The notes: a model not told the origin generated them from the letters alone. A stretch of 64,000 nt of DNA from an uncultured Rhodospirillales bacterium (GCA_964397465.1 CAYNIC010000011.1:3503-67502), one strand, 5' to 3'. Positions 21,313 to 32,385 are shown, numbered from the stretch's first letter. Made by a program: numbers and translations.

Positions 21313-21573
21313 AACGCAATTCCCTTTCGACCTTATGGCCGCTTAACCAGATTGCCCTTTTAAGGCATTCCCCCAAATTACAACCCGGACCTCAGTCTGT
21401 CGGTTTGCCGGCAATGATTATCCCGTCGGTTTTACCGACAATGGCTATATCGATGTGTCGGCTTTTATGGGGCTTCGTCTACACCCGGCAGCCCCAGGGT
21501 TCAAGCTTTTCACATAAACCTAAGGCCTCAGGATGAATAGTGCAATCCTATCATATAGTTATGCATAATTAGA

Positions 21574-22080
21574 GTGTTACATCTACGGTTAAGAGCTATG
21601 CTTGGGGCAGTTGAAGGATTTTCTTCTATGAATGAAGTTTTGTGTATACCTCTAGCCGCAAGCAAGGTGGCATCCTTAGCTCGGGCGCTTCAACAAGACG
21701 GCTTGCCTGCCGAGGATATTTCCGAGCCTGGCCGCAGCTTCTGGCGATTTGAAAATCCTACGGGCGAAATTGTGGGATTTGGTGGGCTTGAGTTTTATGG
21801 GTCGATGGCCTTGTTGCGCTCGGTTGTCGTGATGCCGCAAGTCCGGCGGCAAGGCATCGGGCAAAAGATCGTGCACCAGCTTTTACGATGCGCCCGGGAC
21901 ATGGGCATTATCGAGATTTATCTTTTGACGACGACGGCGCAGGCATTTTTTGAAGCGCAAGGATTTGAGGCTATCGACCGACGTAATGTGCCGGCGGAGA
22001 TTTTAGCGACACGGCAAGCTGCTCAGCTTTGTCCTGGGTCCGCAATAATTCTTACCAAGACAATTAGCGATATCAGCTAA
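21574..22080 (+). CDS. GNAT family N-acetyltransferase (ArsN2/amino-acid acetyltransferase-like)
   Basis: Acetyl-CoA binding motif VRRQGIGQKIV. Start may be an internal Met (MNEVL). Confidence 0.65.
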   Translation: MLHLRLRAMLGAVEGFSSMNEVLCIPLAASKVASLARALQQDGLPAEDISEPGRSFWRFENPTGEIVGFGGLEFYGSMALLRSVVVMPQVRRQGIGQKIVHQLLRCARDMGIIEIYLLTTTAQAFFEAQGFEAIDRRNVPAEILATRQAAQLCPGSAIILTKTISDIS

Positions 22081-22087
22081 CGCATCT

Positions 22088-23380
22088 TTATCGCCGATTA
22101 ACCACTTCCAGCATTTCCTTGATGCGGGTGAATTTGCGCCGGGGGGCGCCGCTGGGCGCCGCCGCGATTTCGGCGGCATCGATGGTTTGCCAGTCCTGAA
22201 AGGTCACCGGCACAACCTTGCGCTTGATCAAGTGATCCATGAATTTCGCGCGTCCTGGCCGACCTGAGACTGTACCTACATCCGCAACAATATGCTTGGC
22301 GATCAGATCGCCGTCGGCCTTATTCGTGCCGATGACCCCGGTGGGGCCGCGCATCGCCCACCCCGCCGCATAAAGCCGCGGCGAAATCCGCCCTTCGACA
22401 TTGACGGTATGACCATGGGCCAAATCGAACGGCACATCGGCCAGAGGCACGGCGGCATAACCGATGGCGGCGATCACCAAGCCGCAGGGAATTGTGAAGC
22501 TGCCGGACGGATGGGCGGGATCGGTGGTTTCAAACCGCACAGCTTCGACACGATCGCCGCCGACAATTTCCACCGGCCGCGCATAAAAATGAAAATGGAT
22601 GTGCTTGGTTTTATCCTCGGTGTGGGCGGCAAAGTCGCGTAGCGTGGCAAGGTTACGCTCCTTCAATCGCTTCTCGCGATCGGGCAAGTCGCTCGGCACG
22701 TGATCGGGCAGGTCGGCCGGATCGACAACGGGTGATGCATCCACCAGTTCACCCAGTTCGCGCAGCTCCACATTGGTGAACTTCGCTTCCACTGGTCCGC
22801 GGCGCCCGATCAAATGCACGTCGCGGAGCGGACTGGCGTTGATTTGCTCCGCCGCATGAAGCGCCAGATCGGTTGCCGCCATTTCCTCCGGTGTCTTCAC
22901 CAGAATGCGCGCCACATCGACCGCAACGTTGCCGTTGCCGATTACTACCACGCTGGTGGTATCGAGGGGAGGATGAAGATCGCGAAAGTCAGGATGACCG
23001 TTATACCAGCCGACAAAACTGGCCGAACCAAACACGCCGACTTTTTCTTCGCCAGGAATGCCGAGGGGCCGATCGCCCGGTGCACCAACGCTGAGGACGA
23101 CGGCATCGTAAATCTCCAGCAGTTCCGGAATGGATATATCTTTCCCGACTTCGACATTGCCGAAATAACTGACGCGGTCGTGTTGCGCCGTGCGATCAAA
23201 CGCACGGGTGACTTTCTTGGTGGATTGATGATCGGGGGCCACACCGGCGCGGATTAAACCGAAAGGTGTCGGCAAGCGTTCGATCAGATCGATGGTGACG
23301 TCGGGTGCGGCCTCGATCAAAGCTTCAGCGGTGTAAAACCCTGCCGGCCCCGCGCCAATAATGGCCACCGATAAACCCAA
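22088..23380 (-). CDS. ferredoxin-NADP+ reductase, adrenodoxin-reductase (FprA) type
   Basis: VAIIGAGPAGFY FAD Rossmann motif, a second NADPH motif VVVIGNGNVAVD and an FprA-like C-terminus. Confidence 0.8.
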   Translation of the reverse strand: MGLSVAIIGAGPAGFYTAEALIEAAPDVTIDLIERLPTPFGLIRAGVAPDHQSTKKVTRAFDRTAQHDRVSYFGNVEVGKDISIPELLEIYDAVVLSVGAPGDRPLGIPGEEKVGVFGSASFVGWYNGHPDFRDLHPPLDTTSVVVIGNGNVAVDVARILVKTPEEMAATDLALHAAEQINASPLRDVHLIGRRGPVEAKFTNVELRELGELVDASPVVDPADLPDHVPSDLPDREKRLKERNLATLRDFAAHTEDKTKHIHFHFYARPVEIVGGDRVEAVRFETTDPAHPSGSFTIPCGLVIAAIGYAAVPLADVPFDLAHGHTVNVEGRISPRLYAAGWAMRGPTGVIGTNKADGDLIAKHIVADVGTVSGRPGRAKFMDHLIKRKVVPVTFQDWQTIDAAEIAAAPSGAPRRKFTRIKEMLEVVNRR

Positions 23381-23409
23381 AGCTCATCCTCCTCATCTGT
23401 TGTCGTATC

Positions 23410-23739
23410 CTAATTAGACACTTTAACTCCGAAAACAATTATAGCAGCTCCGATCAGGGAAAGTGCCGTACCGGCAAAATCAGTAAGCGTTGGGCGAACG
23501 CCTTCGGCTAACCAAAGCCACCCTAATGATGCGGCAATATATACGCCACCGTATGCTGCATAGGCACGCCCAGCATGGTATGATTCGACCAACGTTAGAA
23601 GATAGGCAAATAGGGCAAGAGACAAAACGCCGGGCACTAGCCACCAGACGGGCTTATCCAGCTTCAGCCAGGCCCAGAAACTGAAACATCCGGCAATCTC
23701 CGCAAGGGCCGCGCCGACATAAGCAAAAATCGTCGTCAT
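23410..23739 (-). CDS. ynfA: YnfA family (UPF0060) small membrane protein
   Basis: 109-aa, 4-TM protein highly similar to YnfA. Confidence 0.75.
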   Translation of the reverse strand: MTTIFAYVGAALAEIAGCFSFWAWLKLDKPVWWLVPGVLSLALFAYLLTLVESYHAGRAYAAYGGVYIAASLGWLWLAEGVRPTLTDFAGTALSLIGAAIIVFGVKVSN

Positions 23740-23800
23740 TCCTTATCCATAAACGTGGCGATGCCTACCGGGCCTTATACGGATAAGTATAGCACACTCG

Positions 23801-24088
23801 TCAATGCAGCCGGAACTCGGCATTGGCGTGACGAAACTCGGCCGCGGACACGATCGGTTTTTGCGCCAGCCGCACCGAATGAAGCTTGCCGTCGAGATTG
23901 TGAGTCCAAAAATCGAGGAACCCGCGCAAGGCCGGAAACTTCGGGGCCAAATCCAAATCCTGCCAAAGGAAGGTCTGCAAAAGATCCGGATGGTCGGGAA
24001 TATGGTAAAGAATCTCCGCGGTGGTAAGGCGGTATCCCAACAGCAGTTTCTCCGATGCGGTGAGGGAAGTGGTTAATCGCATGCCCAT
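23801..24088 (-). CDS. usg: Usg family protein
   Basis: LLGYRLTTAEILYHIPDHP...LDGKLHSVRLA. Typical location next to groESL in alphaproteobacteria. Confidence 0.6.
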   Translation of the reverse strand: MGMRLTTSLTASEKLLLGYRLTTAEILYHIPDHPDLLQTFLWQDLDLAPKFPALRGFLDFWTHNLDGKLHSVRLAQKPIVSAAEFRHANAEFRLH

Positions 24089-24292
24089 AGCCCGTCTCCT
24101 TTTGCTCGTCCTATCTCTAAAAAGCGTGGCGATGAGATTAGGTTGCCAGGTTTGAGTTAAAAATCAATTATTACAATAGGTTAGCAGCCTGTCAGGACGA
24201 CTGCTGCTAAGCAGGCGCCCCATAATCGCTTTCAGATGGCAAAAGACCTGAGGCCCTGCCCTTGACATCAGGCCCGCAGCAGCTTAAGTGCA

Positions 24293-24319
24293 TTGGCACT
24301 CGGTCAGACAGAGTGCTAA
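24293..24319 (+). promoter_or_regulatory. CIRCE element (HrcA operator) upstream of groES
   Basis: TTGGCACTC-N9-GAGTGCTAA inverted repeat about 105 bp upstream of the groES start. TTGACA (24262-24267) lies upstream. Confidence 0.8.
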
Positions 24320-24425
24320 CAGTCGATCCACAAGGATCGCTAAGGCTTTGATTTCGATCGATATGTCATTTTGACCATTGGCCTGCTCCTGACGGTGCGG
24401 CCTTACGAAAAAGGGAGACCCCGGC

Positions 24426-24743
24426 ATGAAATTCCGTCCGTTACATGATCGCGTCCTGGTTCGCCGCTTAGAGTCCGAAGAGCGGACCGCAGGCGGCATC
24501 ATCATCCCCGACACGGCAAAGGAAAAGCCGATGGAAGGCGAAGTGGTTGCCGTTGGCCCCGGCGGCCGCGACGAAAACGGCAAGCTTCAAGCGCTCGACG
24601 TCAAAGTCGGCGACCGTATCCTGTTCGGCAAATGGTCCGGCACGGAAGTGAAGCTGGACGGCAAAGAACTCATCATCATGAAAGAATCCGACATCATGGG
24701 GGTTATCGAAGGCACCGCCGGTAAGGCCCGGAAGGCAGCTTAA
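24426..24743 (+). CDS. groES: co-chaperonin GroES
   Basis: [14 protein letters not shown]... Confidence 0.95.
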   Translation: MKFRPLHDRVLVRRLESEERTAGGIIIPDTAKEKPMEGEVVAVGPGGRDENGKLQALDVKVGDRILFGKWSGTEVKLDGKELIIMKESDIMGVIEGTAGKARKAA

Positions 24744-24784
24744 TCCCCATCGGTTTTTTCACGACCCTTTTAATTTTCACCTGA

Positions 24785-26443
<1,659 letters not shown>

Positions 26444-26477
26444 TCCACCGCAACTCAGCGTCAATTATTACGGAAAA

Positions 26478-26506
26478 GGCCGCGGTTACTCTGCGGCCTT
26501 TTTTGT
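26478..26506 (+). terminator. rho-independent terminator after groEL
   Basis: GGCCGC-ggttactct-GCGGCC followed by TTTTTTGTTT. Confidence 0.6.
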
Positions 26507-27199
26507 TTGGGCTGTTTATGGCGACGCAAAACTATGCTTAGGTGGTTCGCAGGTCACCACCGCCATGCTTGGGAGTCTGACTTGTCGCCTTCATCCTTTC
26601 TTTCTGAAATCCGTTTGGGTCTGCGCGCCGCCTATCACGGTCTGTGGGGGCGAACCGAGGTAGTGGCGGCGGTGCCTAATGACCGCGGTATGGCGCTGCG
26701 GTCGTTTCTGGGACCGGTGCTGGCGTCACCCTGGTTTTTCTTCGAGCGGTGGATGGCCTATCGCCTGCCGGTGTGGTTGTACATTCCCTATAATCCGCCG
26801 CGGCTGATTTTCCTCGAGATCATTTACGAGCTGCAAAGCTGGGTGATGTTTCCCTTGGTGGTTTTCGCTTTGACCTCCGTCTTGGGCGGGCGGCAAAACT
26901 TCTGGCGGTTTTTGACCCTCACCAATTGGGCGATGCTGGTGTTGCTGCCGTTTACCATTCTGATCAGTCTTCAGGACTGGGTGTTGGTCGGCGGCAGTGG
27001 TCTGGTTTTGATGGTCACATCATTGATCGTGGCGGCGATCGTGCTGGTGGCGTCGTATCGGTTGCTGAAACTCAGTTTGGATGTAACCTGGGGACGCGCC
27101 GCCTTGATGTTTGCCGTCGGAATTTTGGTGTCCGTGACCATGGATCAGATTTTGCCGGGGATCCTGGGTCTGCCCAGCGAAAGCCTCTTTTACGACTAA
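26507..27199 (+). CDS. hypothetical integral membrane protein
   Basis: Several hydrophobic helices and good codon usage. No recognised family. Confidence 0.45.
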   Translation: MGCLWRRKTMLRWFAGHHRHAWESDLSPSSFLSEIRLGLRAAYHGLWGRTEVVAAVPNDRGMALRSFLGPVLASPWFFFERWMAYRLPVWLYIPYNPPRLIFLEIIYELQSWVMFPLVVFALTSVLGGRQNFWRFLTLTNWAMLVLLPFTILISLQDWVLVGGSGLVLMVTSLIVAAIVLVASYRLLKLSLDVTWGRAALMFAVGILVSVTMDQILPGILGLPSESLFYD

Positions 27200-27203
27200 C
27201 TGT

Positions 27204-27503
27204 TTATCGCGCGGTACGGTTCATCATCTGACGAATGACAAAGCGCACCGCCGGCGCCGCGATCATCAGTAGCCGCAGTTGCGGCGGCGTTATCCGCAGA
27301 AAGGCCACGGCGCGCGGCGAGGTCATCAACAAGGTCAGAAACATATCCAATCCCTGCAGCGAGGTTTTGGTCAAGCGCGGATTGTTCTTGAAAAAGCGCA
27401 GGATATCGGCGGCGGATTTGGCGCGTGTAATGCGCGCCGTGAAAGCCTTGCGCAAATCAAAGGCCTTAAAATTAAACCGCGACTTAAACGAGGGCACTAC
27501 CAC
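27204..27503 (-). CDS. hypothetical small basic protein (doubtful)
   Basis: 99-aa ORF in a region otherwise lacking genes. Competing plus-strand ORFs look worse. No domain. Confidence 0.25.
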   Translation of the reverse strand: MVVPSFKSRFNFKAFDLRKAFTARITRAKSAADILRFFKNNPRLTKTSLQGLDMFLTLLMTSPRAVAFLRITPPQLRLLMIAAPAVRFVIRQMMNRTAR

Positions 27504-27592
27504 GAAACCTCACTACCTATGAGACAAGCAGTCTCTTAAATAGTGAGCCGGAGATACTAATTCCAGAGCGAATAACGGCTAAGCTTGAAATC

Positions 27593-28495
27593 TTACCACT
27601 GAAACCCGGCGATTGCCGCGGTGGGAGCTTGCCGCCATTCGTCATAATGTTTGGCCAAGGCGTCGACCGCGGGAGCGGTGCCTTCCTCGATATCCAGCAT
27701 CGCCGCGTGAATGCCGCCGGTGACGAACAGGGAGCTGATGCCCGCGCCGTTGGCGCCGGCGATGTCGGTGCGCAGACTATCGCCGACCGCGATGATGCGA
27801 TTCTTGGCGATCTTGCCGAACAGACCAAAACAGGTTTGGTAAACCGACGGGTAAGGCTTGCCATGCCAGCGCACTTCCCCCGCCAATTCCTCGTAGCGTT
27901 TGGCGATGGCGCCGGCGCAGATCTGCCGCTTGCCGCGATGGATCACCTCCAGATCGGGATTGGCGCAGACCATCGGCAACCTGCGCTTGGCGGCGATCAC
28001 CAAGGCCGGCTCGTAGGTCGCCAGGGCGTCGCCGTCCATGTAGGATCCGGTGTTCAAAATCGCCTCGGCTTTTTCGATGTCGGTGGTCTCGTCAAGATCA
28101 AGCCCCGTCAACATGCCGCGATCCCGCGGCGGACCCATGTGATAGATCCTGCGGCCCAGGTTGGCGTACCATGGATCGCGGCGATCTTTCAGATGCTGCC
28201 AGGTCTCTTCGCCCGAGGTCATGACTTCATGATACAGCGCGCGCGGAATGCCGATCCCGTCCAGCCGCTCTTTCACGTCCTCGGCTCTACGCGGCGCATT
28301 GGACAAAATCACGATATGCTTGTTGTGATCGCGCAGTTTGGTCAGGCAATCGATCACCCCCGGCAAGGGTTTGTCGCCGTCATGGACCACGCCCCAGAGA
28401 TCAAGAATAAATCCATCGTAAGCGTCGGCGATCTGCTGCACGCCGGTCAATAAAGTGGGCCGCTCGGATCGTGCTAGGTTGGTGCTGCTTGTCAT
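27593..28495 (-). CDS. HAD-superfamily class IIA hydrolase (TIGR01459-like)
   Basis: DLWGVVHDG motif I, a later GDSLRTD motif and the typical HAD-IIA length. Confidence 0.8.
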   Translation of the reverse strand: MTSSTNLARSERPTLLTGVQQIADAYDGFILDLWGVVHDGDKPLPGVIDCLTKLRDHNKHIVILSNAPRRAEDVKERLDGIGIPRALYHEVMTSGEETWQHLKDRRDPWYANLGRRIYHMGPPRDRGMLTGLDLDETTDIEKAEAILNTGSYMDGDALATYEPALVIAAKRRLPMVCANPDLEVIHRGKRQICAGAIAKRYEELAGEVRWHGKPYPSVYQTCFGLFGKIAKNRIIAVGDSLRTDIAGANGAGISSLFVTGGIHAAMLDIEEGTAPAVDALAKHYDEWRQAPTAAIAGFQW

Positions 28496-29853
28496 ATGGT
28501 GTTGTCTTCTTCATCGTCTGCCGCAACGGCGCGGGTGGTTTTTCCGAACAAGGGTCCTTGACCAAAATCCGGCTGATAGGGACTTAACGCTTCCAATTCG
28601 TCGTCGCGGGTGATGCCGCCGATCACCAGATCGATCCCCGCCTTGTCCAACAGCGACTTGAACACTTTCGGTTCGCTAAGCGGCGCGGTCTGACGGAGCA
28701 ACGGCAGCAGCGGCGCCGCATCGATGCGGACAAACCTTACATGGGCTGCGGCCAAGGCGTCGGCGTCGATCTCGGGTTCCGGCAGATCGGCGACGGCAAA
28801 GCGGAAGCCGAGTTCGGCCAACCGGGTCAAGGATTCCACCGTGGCGGGCGGCAGGCTTAACAGATCGGCAAAGACGATCGACAACACCAAGGATGCCGCA
28901 AGTCCGGCGTTCTCTTCCATGAAATCGACGAAGGCGGGAAAAAACACCCGATCGTTCAGGGTCGATGCCGACAGGGGACAGAAGAATCCCACGTCGGACA
29001 TCCGTTGCCGCGAGCGGCGAATGACCTGCACGCTGCGGAACAGCCGCATATTGTCGATCGCCGCCATCAGCCCCGCGCGCTTTGCAGCGTCGGTATAGCG
29101 ATCGGCGGCGACCATGCTGCCGTCCTCGGCGCGGATGAGGGCCAGGCACTCTTGATAGCGCAGCTTTCGTTGCGGCAGGCTGACGATCGCGCGCAGCTGC
29201 ACCTCGATCCGGTCGTCGCGCAGGGCGTCGCGCACGGTTTCCAAAATCGCCCGGTCTTCCGACGGCAATGATGCCCAAGACGACCCGCCCAAATCCAAGG
29301 CCGGCTGATCGGCATTACCATCCACCAATCCGCCGGCATAAAGTTGCTCTACCAGCAGCTGCAGCAAACGAACCTCGGCCACCACATCTTCCGCGCGATC
29401 GCCGTTGCCGACGGTCAGCTGCGGCGGTGGAATAATCGCTGCCGGTGGAGATGCCGGAGCCGGTAGCGCAGGCGGCGCCGCGACGGCGGGTACGGTTTCA
29501 ACCAAATCCCGCAGCCGCGATCCCTCGTCCCGCAGCTTGATCATCTCGTCGCTCATTTCCAGCACCGCCCGGCGCAACATACCCATGCGGCGGCGGATCG
29601 CCATTTCGCCGCGGCGGCGCAGCATCACCTCGTGGGTCAAGGCGGCGGACATGAAAAATGTAACACCGATGACCGCGGCCAGGGTGGCATCGATAATCGG
29701 CGCCACCTCGGGCAGTAACAATGCGAGTCCGACACCGATGGCCGCATAGATGAAAACCAGCAAAAGATGGAGGACGCGGGACATGCGGAGGGGGATAACC
29801 TTACGCGGGAGATGAAGGGCCAGAGAATGCCGCGATCTTGGCCGCCCGTGCAA
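28492..29853 (-). CDS. membrane-anchored EAL-domain protein (probably degenerate)
   Basis: N-terminal TM helices, a coiled-coil linker and a C-terminal EAL-like domain (QECLALIRAEDG..., FAVADL..., VIGGITRDDELEAL...FGQGPLF). The catalytic EAL motif is altered to ECL. Confidence 0.6.
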   Translation of the reverse strand: MHGRPRSRHSLALHLPRKVIPLRMSRVLHLLLVFIYAAIGVGLALLLPEVAPIIDATLAAVIGVTFFMSAALTHEVMLRRRGEMAIRRRMGMLRRAVLEMSDEMIKLRDEGSRLRDLVETVPAVAAPPALPAPASPPAAIIPPPQLTVGNGDRAEDVVAEVRLLQLLVEQLYAGGLVDGNADQPALDLGGSSWASLPSEDRAILETVRDALRDDRIEVQLRAIVSLPQRKLRYQECLALIRAEDGSMVAADRYTDAAKRAGLMAAIDNMRLFRSVQVIRRSRQRMSDVGFFCPLSASTLNDRVFFPAFVDFMEENAGLAASLVLSIVFADLLSLPPATVESLTRLAELGFRFAVADLPEPEIDADALAAAHVRFVRIDAAPLLPLLRQTAPLSEPKVFKSLLDKAGIDLVIGGITRDDELEALSPYQPDFGQGPLFGKTTRAVAADDEEDNTI

Positions 29854-29886
29854 ATGATTTTCCCGCTAAACTGTTTTTCTAACCGT

Positions 29887-31335
29887 TTAGCGGGCATCCA
29901 CGCCAATCGCTTGGGTAAGCGAGGTAAAACCATCCCGGGCCAGCAGCGCCGAAACCTCGGATTTCAGGCGCTGAACCAGCCCCGGCCCCTGATAAACCAG
30001 GGCGGTATAAAGCTGCACCAGACTGGCGCCGGCCCGGATTTTCGCATAGGTATCGGCCCCGCTGGCAATCCCGCCGACCCCGATCAACGGCAGCTTGCCC
30101 GCAGTGTCGCGATGAACGGTGCGTAAGAGTTCGGTCGATGGGGCGAACAAGGGTTTGCCGCTAAGACCGCCCTGTTGCGACGCGTGAGAACTGCGCAAAA
30201 ACGAAGGCCGGTCGACGGTGGTGTTACTGATGACCAAGCCATCGGCGCCGTTGCCATCGAGGGCGACACTGATGATGCCGTCCAAGGCGGCGCGGCTTAG
30301 ATCCGGCGCGATCTTGATCAGGATCGGCACGGTTTCGCGCAGTTTCACCTGACGTAACGCGGTCAAAATCGCGCGCAGCTGCGTCTCGCCCTGCAGGTCG
30401 CGGAGGCCCGGCGTGTTGGGCGACGACACATTGATCACGGCAAAATCAACCAAGGGGGCGAGCTGGGTAAACACGGTCACGTAATCGCCCACCGGATCGG
30501 CGGTGTTTTTATTGCAGCCGATATTGACCGCCACGGGACGGCGAATTTCTTTATACTGCCGCATCTCGGCAAGACGGCTTGAGGCCGCTGTGGCGCCGTG
30601 ATTGTTGAACCCAAGACGATTGATCAGGGCGTGATCTTCGTTCAAGCGAAACATCCGCGGCCGCGGATTGCCCGGTTGCGGTTTCGGCGTCAAGCCGCCG
30701 ACTTCGATGAAGCCGAAACCAAACCGCTCCATCGCCGGCACGACCCGCGCATCCTTATCAAATCCGGCGGCAAGACCGATCGGATTGGTGAAACTTTTTC
30801 CCCACACCGAGATCGCAAGATTGGCCGGATCATCGGGCGGATCGGTGCGCCAGGGAAACAATCCGGTCTCCAGCAGACGAAGCGTCAGCCGATGAGCGGT
30901 TTCAGGCGCAAGACAGCGCAGCCAGGTTGTCGCCGTACCATAGATGTCGAAGGATAATGCCGCGTCATCGTTCATCTTCAGCGGCGGAAAAACATGCACA
31001 CCATCGGGACCCAGCGGCAAAGGCTCAACCTTGATCACCGCGGCGGGTGACAGCGGACCATAAAGATGGGGGAACAGATCGCCGCCGCGGGACGATTCCC
31101 ATTTTAACGCCGAGCCTAAACTTGGCGCATTCACCGTCAGCAGCAGAAGATCTTTTTGTCCGGCGCGATGTTTCGCGGCGCTGACTTTAATTTGTACCGC
31201 GGTGGAGAAATGGATAAAGCCGTCGCGTATGTCGTCGGGCGACCCGCGATAAGGCGCGCCGCTTGCGACAGCCGCACGCCATTCCGCCTCATGGGCCATG
31301 TGATAGATGAGCTGGGGTGCGGAAGATGAAGTCAT
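29887..31335 (-). CDS. pyrD: DUF952 domain fused in-frame to dihydroorotate dehydrogenase (quinone), PyrD
   Basis: The N-terminal 120 aa match DUF952 (IYHMAHEAEW...GFIHFS...SRGGDLFPHLYGPL). The PyrD portion starts at about Met121 (coordinate 30975) with class-2 DHODH motifs (NRLGFNN, GGLSG, IGVGGI). There is no stop between the two parts. Confidence 0.8.
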   Translation of the reverse strand: MTSSSAPQLIYHMAHEAEWRAAVASGAPYRGSPDDIRDGFIHFSTAVQIKVSAAKHRAGQKDLLLLTVNAPSLGSALKWESSRGGDLFPHLYGPLSPAAVIKVEPLPLGPDGVHVFPPLKMNDDAALSFDIYGTATTWLRCLAPETAHRLTLRLLETGLFPWRTDPPDDPANLAISVWGKSFTNPIGLAAGFDKDARVVPAMERFGFGFIEVGGLTPKPQPGNPRPRMFRLNEDHALINRLGFNNHGATAASSRLAEMRQYKEIRRPVAVNIGCNKNTADPVGDYVTVFTQLAPLVDFAVINVSSPNTPGLRDLQGETQLRAILTALRQVKLRETVPILIKIAPDLSRAALDGIISVALDGNGADGLVISNTTVDRPSFLRSSHASQQGGLSGKPLFAPSTELLRTVHRDTAGKLPLIGVGGIASGADTYAKIRAGASLVQLYTALVYQGPGLVQRLKSEVSALLARDGFTSLTQAIGVDAR

Positions 31336-31440
31336 GGGTGTTTTCTATCTAGTCCTCAGGGCAAAGGGCAAGGGTTCAATAGGCAGCTTGGCTTTTCTCG
31401 GTATAGGCCGTATACTCGTATCACGGGTAATGGTGATGAT

Positions 31441-32250
31441 ATGAAGTTTTCATTTTTTACGACATCCGTTTTGGCAGCAACTCTATGGCTGTCTATGAGT
31501 GCAGCAGCACAGGCTCAAGCCCCGACGCCGCAGGAATACATTAAGCGTGGTTTTACATACAACGGCTTCACCCGCAATCCGCATGCCCGGGAACCGTGGA
31601 CGGGACTTTACGCCGATGAGTTGCCGCAACCGACACCGGGTGACGTTTGGCTGACCTTGGGGTGGAGCAAAAAGCAAACCTCCAGTACCTGCATTGGCGA
31701 AACCACGACGCCTTTATGCACCCTCGATACCTTTCTTGCCTGCCTTATCCGCGATGACGGCCGACTTTGCGCCAAGGCGGAGGGAACGAAACCAACCCGT
31801 CGCTGGTCAGGACCACCCCCTTATGCGCCTTATCCATCCCAGACTCCTTACCCGGCTTATGCGCCTTATCCCCGCACCGGACTGATGCGGTATAAAGTTG
31901 CCTCGGTTGCGCGGATTACGGCTGAAACCGCCGCCGAATTTCAAGAACAAGATTCAAGCCACCAAGAAAAATCTGGCGATATTCAGTTACGTATTGATTG
32001 GGAAATGTGTGGCCGCGCCGATCGCAATGGTCATCTTTCCGATTGTTGCCAGCCGCCCTACTCTAGTAGTTTTGTAGTTCGCCGCCAGACTTATGGTCAT
32101 TGGATCTTGGTGCGGCATGATCATCCTGACTTAAACGACCGGCTGCGATTTCACCCCGAAACCGAAGATATCCGCTGGTCAGAAGATTATTACCAAGATG
32201 CGCCTTATTGTACGGATATCAAGGCACCAATTCGGCGCCGTAAACCCTAG
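31441..32250 (+). CDS. hypothetical secreted Cys- and Pro/Tyr-rich protein
   Basis: Signal peptide MKFSFFTTSVLAATLWLSMSAAAQA. PYAPYPSQTPYPAYAPYP repeat. GC lower than the core. Confidence 0.5.
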   Translation: MKFSFFTTSVLAATLWLSMSAAAQAQAPTPQEYIKRGFTYNGFTRNPHAREPWTGLYADELPQPTPGDVWLTLGWSKKQTSSTCIGETTTPLCTLDTFLACLIRDDGRLCAKAEGTKPTRRWSGPPPYAPYPSQTPYPAYAPYPRTGLMRYKVASVARITAETAAEFQEQDSSHQEKSGDIQLRIDWEMCGRADRNGHLSDCCQPPYSSSFVVRRQTYGHWILVRHDHPDLNDRLRFHPETEDIRWSEDYYQDAPYCTDIKAPIRRRKP

Positions 32251-32295
32251 CGTTTGGGTTGACGCGGTGGGGCCACAAAAAAACGGAATCTTTCG

Positions 32296-32350
32296 ATATC
32301 GCCATCATCCGCCTTCAGACAGCCGCGCGTCATCCGCCTCATGGCCATGT
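32296..32350 (-). pseudogene. diverged duplicate of the DUF952-pyrD 5' end (gene fragment)
   Basis: About 55 bp, roughly 85% identical to 31270-31335. The minus-strand translation MISPFIYHMA... compares with the real MTSSSAPQLIYHMA... Confidence 0.4.
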
Positions 32351-32385
32351 GGTAGATGAATGGAGAAATCATGAAAGTATGTTCT

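Noticed and set aside
21340-21573. Possible tRNA or att site in the korA-GNAT intergenic region (GGGTTCAAGC resembles a T-loop)
   Set aside because: No acceptor or anticodon stem-loop could be folded around it, and no flanking repeat was found. Treated as ordinary promoter DNA.
24205-24230. CCCCATAAT as a possible RpoH-type -10 upstream of groES
   Set aside because: No convincing CTTGAAA -35 at the right spacing. Only the CIRCE element and a TTGACA box are reported.
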